Below, piece by piece: positions 43,792 through 50,710 of a stretch of 50,710 bases of DNA; position 1 is the first letter of the stretch; every line of letters starts with the position of its first letter. Below the pieces are notes generated by a model. That model searched no databases and had not been told where the DNA came from. It was given only the letters and a program-made list of their open reading frames with translations. The DNA is from a virus. Lineage: Duplodnaviria; Caudoviricetes. Location: the IMG/VR virus record IMGVR_UViG_3300028610_000533, positions 1 to 50,710 of that record; one strand, written 5' to 3'. Made by a program: the position numbers and the translations under genes.

Positions 43792-46179
43792 ATGAAAAAG
43801 TGGATTATTTTACTGATAGGGATTGTATGTCTGGGCGCTGCTATTGCAGACACACTCACATACGGTCCCGATAACTATTTGAGGAACAGGCAAAGCGCAT
43901 TGTCGGGCAGCACTACCCGTGATCCGTTCTGGCTGTTCATTAACGAGGTGGACGACACGTTTGGCGGAACGGAGAGCATTGATTTGCTTCTGTTCAACTC
44001 TGCCGGCGCAGACCCTTCGGCACTGGCTACAGGTCAGTTCTGGTTTGACACGGCAGCGAACACCATGAAGTTCACCAACAACGCAGGCTCGGCAACATCG
44101 CTCGCGGCGGCTGCTGGCAACAGCCTGGATCAATCGTATGACGCGGGTATTGCTATTACGGTGGATGCGGGTGCGGTTGCGCTTACGGCCACCGATGCCG
44201 CGAACAACGTAGCTCTCGCAATTGCCCAGTCTGATACCGGAACCACCAAGGCTGTCACAATCACAAACGCCGGTACAGGTAACGGGCTCGATTTTCAGGC
44301 TGCACAAGCAGGTTTGGACGCCGAAGGAACCGACGACACTTGGAACATATCGACTATAGGCACGTTCAATGGCGAAATCGTCACGGGCAAAACCAATGGG
44401 CAGGCTATCGTATTCGATACCAACGCAGAGATTCAGTTTGGCGATGCGGGCGAAGATGTTGCTATGGTGTTCACCGCTAATACGGTGACATGGGCAACTG
44501 ATACGTCAGTTGCCCAGATGGCGTTTGGTGTGGTTGACAATCTGACCGGCATTGCTGATATTACGTTTGACAATACTGCGACATCAGCAATCAGCAAGAC
44601 ATCGACTGGCGGAGCAGAAGACCTTACTATTGAACAAGCTGGCGATGTGGATTCGAGCATTTTCATCTTGTCGTCCGGTACGGGTGCGGATGCGATTGTG
44701 CTCAATTCGACTGCCGGCGGGGTTGATATTTTATCCGGTGGTGCAAGTCTGGATATCGATATCGACGCAAGTGCGGCTTCCGTGAATATTGATAGTGGTG
44801 AGGCTGCGGCTGACGATGCTATTGTTATTGTGACGACGGGTGCAGGCAGTGGTATACAGATCACATCACTTGCCGATATCGATATTACCACGACAGGTGC
44901 AGCTACCGAGGATATCACAATAGACAATAATGGTGGCTCAATCAATATTGTCGCTGATGAAGCTCAGGCAAATAGCATTGTCATAGATGCTGAAAACGCT
45001 GGCGGCGGCATGGACATCGACGCAGGTACAGCTAGTATTGACATTGACTGCACGGGTGGCGACATTACGCTCGATAACGATGGTGCAGGCAAAGATATCA
45101 CGCTCACCTCCGACGCTGGCAGAGTCCAGTTGAAGGGTGAGGAAGCGGCGGATAACGCTATTACCTTAGTGTCCGCTGCCGGTGGCATCGATATGGATTC
45201 CGCCCTGAGTACGGTCATTACCTCATCCGAGGCGACTGGTGATGCCATTGTTATTAACACGTCCGACGCTGCTGGCGGTATCGATATCACGTCAGGTACT
45301 GGCGATTTGGCATTAGTAAGCACTGATGATATTACACTAACGGTTGCAACTGCCGCGACAGATGCTATTGTATTCACCAATACCGCAGGAACAAATATTA
45401 CCGAAGATTCTATGGCTATAGAGGTCAGGGCTACGGCTGGCGGCATAAACATTCAGTCCGATGCTTCTCTTGATGGCGATACGGTTGTCCTTCGGGTTGA
45501 TGGTGGTGCAACAGCAGATATCTTGCTTCACAATGACGCAGGGACCGGATTGGATTCTATCGAGGTGGTTTCCGATGAAGGTGGCATTCTGGTTGATGCT
45601 GGCGCCGACGATGCTATTACGCTCACTGCAGGCACTGGCGGAGTTGTGTTTACCAACGGACAAACTCGCAAGGTAATTTATATGCCCGGCGATGTAGTTC
45701 TCGACCCGTCAGAACCTCCGGGGACCACCAACATTGGAACCACAGAGCAGGCGTATTTTGAGACGCTGAACTTCGATGCAAATCCCAATGCTACTGGCGA
45801 TGACGTGGTTTTTGTTAATTGGGTTGTACCTCCGGGGTACATAACAGACTCGGCTTCTTTGAGTATCTATTGGACTCATTCCAATGCCGAAGACGCAGCG
45901 GACGAGATCGATATCGACGGGACAGTAAACGCCATTGCACCGGGCGAAGCTATTGACGCGGCGGGCACTGCTATGGTTGCTGTGACATCGGTTATCGCGG
46001 ACGCAAGTGCGAACGCGGGATTGCTGGTCAAGACATCTCTTGACATCGAAGTGGAAACGATTGAAGTCGGGGACTTGGTATGTATATTATTCTTCGTCGA
46101 TGAGTCAGCATCTTTAATGGCGGCTTCCGGTACTGCTGACGTCCACTATTTTGAAATCGAATATGAGTCGAGTGAGTAA
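43792..46179 (+). CDS. Acidic repeat-rich fibre/spike-like protein with a signal peptide
   Basis: MKKWIILLIGIVCLGAAIA-D; many DAIV/I...AGGIDI repeats (beta-helix-like). Confidence 0.65.
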   Translation: MKKWIILLIGIVCLGAAIADTLTYGPDNYLRNRQSALSGSTTRDPFWLFINEVDDTFGGTESIDLLLFNSAGADPSALATGQFWFDTAANTMKFTNNAGSATSLAAAAGNSLDQSYDAGIAITVDAGAVALTATDAANNVALAIAQSDTGTTKAVTITNAGTGNGLDFQAAQAGLDAEGTDDTWNISTIGTFNGEIVTGKTNGQAIVFDTNAEIQFGDAGEDVAMVFTANTVTWATDTSVAQMAFGVVDNLTGIADITFDNTATSAISKTSTGGAEDLTIEQAGDVDSSIFILSSGTGADAIVLNSTAGGVDILSGGASLDIDIDASAASVNIDSGEAAADDAIVIVTTGAGSGIQITSLADIDITTTGAATEDITIDNNGGSINIVADEAQANSIVIDAENAGGGMDIDAGTASIDIDCTGGDITLDNDGAGKDITLTSDAGRVQLKGEEAADNAITLVSAAGGIDMDSALSTVITSSEATGDAIVINTSDAAGGIDITSGTGDLALVSTDDITLTVATAATDAIVFTNTAGTNITEDSMAIEVRATAGGINIQSDASLDGDTVVLRVDGGATADILLHNDAGTGLDSIEVVSDEGGILVDAGADDAITLTAGTGGVVFTNGQTRKVIYMPGDVVLDPSEPPGTTNIGTTEQAYFETLNFDANPNATGDDVVFVNWVVPPGYITDSASLSIYWTHSNAEDAADEIDIDGTVNAIAPGEAIDAAGTAMVAVTSVIADASANAGLLVKTSLDIEVETIEVGDLVCILFFVDESASLMAASGTADVHYFEIEYESSE

Positions 46180-46184
46180 CGCGA

Positions 46185-46214
46185 CAGGGTGGGTTTCGGC
46201 TCACCTTGTTTTTT
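46185..46214 (+). terminator. Intrinsic terminator
   Basis: CAGGGTGGGT-TTCG-GCTCACCTTG plus T6. Confidence 0.75.
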
Positions 46215-46230
46215 CTTAAGGAGCTTTATA

Positions 46231-47112
46231 ATGAAAAAGATATTTATGTGGCTGATGGTTATCCTGTTGGCCTCAACTTCTTTCGCACAGCGAACAGGCA
46301 AGTCGCTAACGAAAGTCCGGGTCGTTGACGGTAACGTGGTCCACACTATCCAATCGGGTTGGGTGATAGCAGAAAGTGAAAATTCCGCTGATACCCAAAC
46401 TGATGCTCTTGGTGTGACAGAGCGCACAAAGAAGCGACTCGATACAGTGATTGCGGCTAATGCTAATGAAGAAGAATTCATATCCATATTCCTCATCCCG
46501 CCTGAATGGAATGTAATGAGAGGCAGGGGTGTAGGAATAACGGACGGCGACCAGTTTACGCACCAACTCTATCTCGGCACATTGGATGAGGATTTGGATT
46601 GTGAGTTTACGTATACTGCACAGTTTCTATGGACAGTAGGAACCCAATCGTCTATCTACGACCAGATTGGTTTTACTTTAGGCGGTGCAGGGAATGAGAC
46701 TGTACCGCGAGTAGGCGACAATGTAACTGGTAATACCAGCGGTGAAACAGCAACCATCGTGTCCATATCAGCTTTGTCCAGCGGCGCATGGGCGGACGGT
46801 GACGCGGCTGGGACGATTACATATAAGTCTGCATCAGGTACTTTCACAGGTTTAGAGACTGTGACTATTGCCCGTGCCGGTATAAATCTGACGACGAACG
46901 GCTTCACCCATGCCAATTCGGACCTTATTGATTTTGAAATGGCCGACACTCTCACAACAACTGCGAAGTCATGGGGGGGCACAATAACAACTACTTCGCC
47001 TGTGGGCAATACGAATGCGGAATTTGAAGTAGATGTGAAGGGTTCAAATATCGCAATTGTGGTGACTACCGCCACAACGTCCGACAGCAAATTACTTCTT
47101 ACGGGGTTCTAA
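46231..47112 (+). CDS. Putative structural protein with a signal peptide
   Basis: AAGGAG SD; MKKIFMWLMVILLASTSFA-Q; VGDNVTGNTSGETATI...SGAWADGDAAG virion-type motif. Confidence 0.65.
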   Translation: MKKIFMWLMVILLASTSFAQRTGKSLTKVRVVDGNVVHTIQSGWVIAESENSADTQTDALGVTERTKKRLDTVIAANANEEEFISIFLIPPEWNVMRGRGVGITDGDQFTHQLYLGTLDEDLDCEFTYTAQFLWTVGTQSSIYDQIGFTLGGAGNETVPRVGDNVTGNTSGETATIVSISALSSGAWADGDAAGTITYKSASGTFTGLETVTIARAGINLTTNGFTHANSDLIDFEMADTLTTTAKSWGGTITTTSPVGNTNAEFEVDVKGSNIAIVVTTATTSDSKLLLTGF

Positions 47113-47113
47113 G

Positions 47114-47878
47114 ATGCCTTCTGAAACTCAAATAGCCAATCTTGCTCTGGGAAAAGTAGGCGGCGCAGGCGAGGTTGAGGGTGGTAATGCTTTCATCACC
47201 TCTATTGACGGCACAGATAAAGTGTCGTCATGGCTGAATCTGCTTTTCCCTCGAGCGCGCAGGAAAGTGATAGTAGACCTTGCGGCTTTACAGTGTCCCT
47301 TCAGGTCAACTATTCGCTTTAAGGACTTAGGCCCAGAGCTTGCTTCGACACCGGAAATAGGGCAATACGAACATGCCTTTAATCTGCCAGCCAACTGTCT
47401 TGAAGTAGTCAGTCAGTTCGACGAAAACCAGATGGCTACCCGTGCCCGTAGAGGGACTTCGGTTGCGGAAGTGCAATGGGAAACTGTGGCTAATGCAAGT
47501 GGTACGGGTAAAATCCTGCTCACGAATTTCTTTACAAACCTCGACGGGACAAGTGCTTTCATCGAATACGTTATCGACACGCCAAATACAAAGGGATTCA
47601 CCGAAGGTATGATAGACTGCATAGCCACACTTCTCGCATCGGGAGTAGTCCCTGTTATTGCTGTGGACAGGGAATTGAGCAGGACCATGCTGGCCGAATA
47701 CATAACAATTGCGATACCTAACGCACAGGCGGAAAACCAGAGAGGCTTTAACGCCACAGTGAAGCCCATTCCTGATTTTTCAGGTGGACGTAGTTTAGGA
47801 AGTATTTTCCCTGCGGTAGCGACGGATTTGGGAACTTTTTTCACAGCAGAGGGCGATAGGCGCGCAATCTTTCCTTAG
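47114..47878 (+). CDS. Tail tubular protein A / adaptor (T7 gp11-like)
   Basis: MPSETQIANLALGKVG, YEHAFNLPANCLEV and F...MIDCIATLLAS motifs. Confidence 0.8.
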   Translation: MPSETQIANLALGKVGGAGEVEGGNAFITSIDGTDKVSSWLNLLFPRARRKVIVDLAALQCPFRSTIRFKDLGPELASTPEIGQYEHAFNLPANCLEVVSQFDENQMATRARRGTSVAEVQWETVANASGTGKILLTNFFTNLDGTSAFIEYVIDTPNTKGFTEGMIDCIATLLASGVVPVIAVDRELSRTMLAEYITIAIPNAQAENQRGFNATVKPIPDFSGGRSLGSIFPAVATDLGTFFTAEGDRRAIFP

Positions 47879-47887
47879 GAGAATATT

Positions 47888-49213
47888 ATGAAAAAGTTAA
47901 TGTTGATTGTTCTTTTGTTTGCAACACCTGTATTTGCAACCGTACCCGCAGGCGAGTCAATCAGGGAATACTTTACATTGGGCGCGGCGACGACAGAGTT
48001 TCTTTTCACTAATCCGGCCAATTCGTCGGATGATATTCTGGTCTTCAAGCGGGACGTAGAAACCGACTCCGATACAATAGGGCTTGAAACGGCACTTGTG
48101 GAGGATGTTGACTATACCATTGTAGCCACTGGCGGGGATTTCAGAAACGGTGGAACAGTCACAATCAGTCCTGCGCTGGGTGTCAATTTTGAAGTGGTTA
48201 TCGTCCGGGAGATCAAAAAGAGTCAGGAAACCGCACAGGGGGCCATAACCCCTGTTTCTATCGTAGCGGCGCTGGACAAAATTGCCCGCACACTGCAAGA
48301 CCTTGAGGACAGAAATGATCGTTCTATCCACCGACAGGAAAGTGACGCTGAATCCTTTGAAATGGAACTGCCGGGCCTTGCGGATTTGGCTGAAACATTC
48401 CTGTTCTTCAACTCCTCCGGCGAAATGACTTTCGTAGCGAACGTGATCGCCGATACGATCAATGCAAGTGCTTTCGGTACAAGCCTCGTACAGGCCGCCA
48501 ACGCCGCCGCAGGACGTGATGTATTGGAGATGGGCACAACAGACGCCGTACAGTTTGGAGCCTTCACAGCGACAACAGGGACGTTCTCCGGGGCGGTGAG
48601 TACGGCTGCGGTGACAGCCAGCGGTGATGTTACAATGGCAACGGCCAAGGTATTGACGACAGAGATTATCCGGGCCGTTGACTCTACGGGGATTCTCATA
48701 CAAAATGATACCCCCGCGACCGTGATAACAATAGGAGATGGCGGAGGTGCTACACTGGCAGACGGAGCGGTAGCAACAACTCAATCGGCAAGTGACAACA
48801 GTACCCTGATAGCAACCACAGCATATGTTGACGCCCAAGTCACCGCCGCTATCGCAGCTTCAGTATCGTTTAGTTCATATACTAATCAGGATTCAGAAAG
48901 TAATTCAATGCTGCCAACTGTGCCCGGCACGACACATGCTTATCTTGCCGCTTCCGACGGGTTCGTATCAGCAGCAACAGCAGATCTTGACGACGGCGAA
49001 GTTCTCACTGGTCATGTGGACCAGACCAACGATCCTGTTGGGGCGGGTGACTTGATCGCACAGGTGGAATCGGATGCAGCAAACAGTCTTCAGTCGATAT
49101 TTTTCGCTGTCAAGAATGGTGAATACTTTGAAGTAAGCCATACGCGAGATACCACAGTTAATATACGCTGGATGTCGAAGGGACCTTTAGCGGAACCTGT
49201 AGATCAGGATTAA
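47888..49213 (+). CDS. Tail fibre with a T7 gp17-like N-terminal attachment domain and a signal peptide
   Basis: MKKLMLIVLLFATPVFA-TV; TTEFLF...DILVF...ETALVEDVDYTI...GGTVTI...VVIVRE...AALDKIARTLQDL; later STLIATTAYV fibre motif. Confidence 0.8.
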   Translation: MKKLMLIVLLFATPVFATVPAGESIREYFTLGAATTEFLFTNPANSSDDILVFKRDVETDSDTIGLETALVEDVDYTIVATGGDFRNGGTVTISPALGVNFEVVIVREIKKSQETAQGAITPVSIVAALDKIARTLQDLEDRNDRSIHRQESDAESFEMELPGLADLAETFLFFNSSGEMTFVANVIADTINASAFGTSLVQAANAAAGRDVLEMGTTDAVQFGAFTATTGTFSGAVSTAAVTASGDVTMATAKVLTTEIIRAVDSTGILIQNDTPATVITIGDGGGATLADGAVATTQSASDNSTLIATTAYVDAQVTAAIAASVSFSSYTNQDSESNSMLPTVPGTTHAYLAASDGFVSAATADLDDGEVLTGHVDQTNDPVGAGDLIAQVESDAANSLQSIFFAVKNGEYFEVSHTRDTTVNIRWMSKGPLAEPVDQD

Positions 49214-49214
49214 C

Positions 49215-50710
49215 ATGAAAAGAGTCATACTATTTTTAATATTAATAGCTAACGCCTTTGGGTATTACGGCCCCGTGACCTCTTTTAACTCAGGGCAAGT
49301 CAGTCCCTTGCTCGAAGCCCGTGCTGATTTTGCCAAATACAATTCTTCCTGCCGAACCATTGAAAACATGCTGGTTACGGTACAGGGCCCTGCCCTTAAA
49401 AGACCGGGAACAAAGTTCATCGCAGAAGCTAAGACCGGAACAGTCCGGCTTCTGCCTTTTGAGTTCTCAACTGACGACGCCTATATCATCGAGGCCGGTG
49501 CTTTGTATATGAGGTTCTACCGGAACGGCGGCCAAATCCTTGACCCCGTAAATCCAGTGGAGATAGTAACGCCATACAGTGCAGGTGAATTGTTCACTAT
49601 TCAGCATGTCCAGACAGATAACGACTTGTACCTTGTAAACGGAACCGACCCACCTCAGATTCTAATCAGAGCAGACCATGACGACTGGACAATCGCAGAC
49701 GTGACATTTGAGACAGGCCCGTTTTTGCCGGAGAACGATACAACGACCACGATTACTCCGTCTGGTATCACTGGAGTTATCCGTCTTACCGCAAGCGCAA
49801 GCATCTTTGAGTCCACCACAGGAGCAAGTCACGTAGGTTCCCTGTGGGCTATTGAGCAAGTGAGAGGGACTTCAACTATAGAGGGCACTTTTGATGAGAA
49901 CGAAAACTCCATATCAACCCCGTTCTTTACCGGCAGTTACGGCTTTACAACCAGTAACAATTCGGACGGCACGATAACGCTCCAAAGGAGTACAAATGGA
50001 GGAACATCATGGCGTCCGGCACTAACGGCATTAACTGATACGGACTTTGATAATCCGTCGGAATTCGAGGAGGATGGTGCGATTTATCGTGCGGTGATGA
50101 GTGGCTTTGGTTCGCCCGCAATAAATCCTACATTCACTTTCACGATCACTGACAATGTAAACAAGGGCGTTGTAAGGATAACATCAGTAGCGAGTGGGGT
50201 AGAGGCTTTTGCGGAGGTCGTGACCGCCCTTGTTGACACGTCAGCCACAACTACATGGCGGGAAGGGTATTGGTCGGATTTTCGGGGTTGGCCGAAAACA
50301 GTTGCATTCCACCAACAAAGGCTCGTATACGGCGGGACCACTTCTTTTCCTCAGACAATTTGGTTTGGAAAACAGGACCCCGACGACTATGAGAATTTTC
50401 TTGAAGGGACTCTGGACACATCTGCTTTTATCTTTGCACTTGAAGGACAGAACCCTATTCGATGGTTTCTGTCTCAGGATGTACTCCTGATAGGCACAAG
50501 CGGATCATGCGGAAAGTGGGGCGAGCAGGCGAAACCAGCCACTCCTACATCTCCTAATTATCAGGAACAGACAAGGCATGGAGCAGCGACAATAGGCGCG
50601 GTGCTGGGCGGGGATTCTATATTGTATATTGAGCGAGGCTCCCGTAATGTCAGGGAATTTGGGTTTCAGCTTCAATTCGACAAGTATCTCAGCCCCGATC
50701 TCAGCATTTT
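49215..50710 (+). CDS. Tail tubular protein B / nozzle, N-terminal part (continues at 2-1198), with a signal peptide
   Basis: Missed by the ORF track because it runs off the end. Hand translation: MKRVILFLILIANAFG-YYGPVTSFNSGQVSPLLEARADFAKYNSSCRTIENMLVTVQGPALKRPGTKFI; later GWPKTVAFHQQRLVYGG. Confidence 0.85.
   Translation, partial: MKRVILFLILIANAFGYYGPVTSFNSGQVSPLLEARADFAKYNSSCRTIENMLVTVQGPALKRPGTKFIAEAKTGTVRLLPFEFSTDDAYIIEAGALYMRFYRNGGQILDPVNPVEIVTPYSAGELFTIQHVQTDNDLYLVNGTDPPQILIRADHDDWTIADVTFETGPFLPENDTTTTITPSGITGVIRLTASASIFESTTGASHVGSLWAIEQVRGTSTIEGTFDENENSISTPFFTGSYGFTTSNNSDGTITLQRSTNGGTSWRPALTALTDTDFDNPSEFEEDGAIYRAVMSGFGSPAINPTFTFTITDNVNKGVVRITSVASGVEAFAEVVTALVDTSATTTWREGYWSDFRGWPKTVAFHQQRLVYGGTTSFPQTIWFGKQDPDDYENFLEGTLDTSAFIFALEGQNPIRWFLSQDVLLIGTSGSCGKWGEQAKPATPTSPNYQEQTRHGAATIGAVLGGDSILYIERGSRNVREFGFQLQFDKYLSPDLSI
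50567..50710. repeat. Terminal direct repeat, copy 2
   Basis: Identical to 1-144. Confidence 0.95.

Noticed and set aside
43792-49213. Diversity-generating retroelement (BPP-1-like phage)
   Set aside because: No reverse transcriptase and no template/variable repeat pair were noticed.
50567-50710. Biological terminal repeat as in T7
   Set aside because: It lies mid-gene with the frame preserved, so it is best explained as assembler overlap of a circular or permuted genome.

Overview
This window is a complete, circularly assembled ~50.6 kb dsDNA phage genome: nt 1-144 are repeated at 50567-50710, giving 50,566 bp unique. The morphogenesis module is podovirus-like (BPP-1/T7 type) on the + strand and runs 32713 -> end -> 13911. 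It encodes terminases, portal, scaffold, major capsid, cement, tail tubular A/B, fibres and ejection proteins. A long - strand early region (13963-27722) holds many small genes, including a DNA methyltransferase, NinG, an HNH-AP2 endonuclease, an SSB-like protein and a cluster of tRNA-like structured RNAs. Two things stand out. (1) A stand-alone Cas7/RAMP-like gene (27165-27722, -) is followed immediately by a 715-nt non-coding array (26463-27177). The array has 13 units, each a conserved GAAA(A/G)CAA handle plus 8-13 NNN-GA pentamers. This looks like an RNA-guided system with a punctuated guide code. It resembles VIPR systems as I recall them, but uses GA/NNN rather than GGY/NN. Removing the GA spacers reveals boxA-like, Shine-Dalgarno-like and palindromic operator-like sequences. 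(2) At least seven predicted outer virion proteins, including tail tubular protein B and a T7-type tail fibre, carry classical Sec signal peptides, whereas capsid, portal, tubular A and the large ejection proteins do not. All product calls come from motif recognition by eye; no database searches were run.
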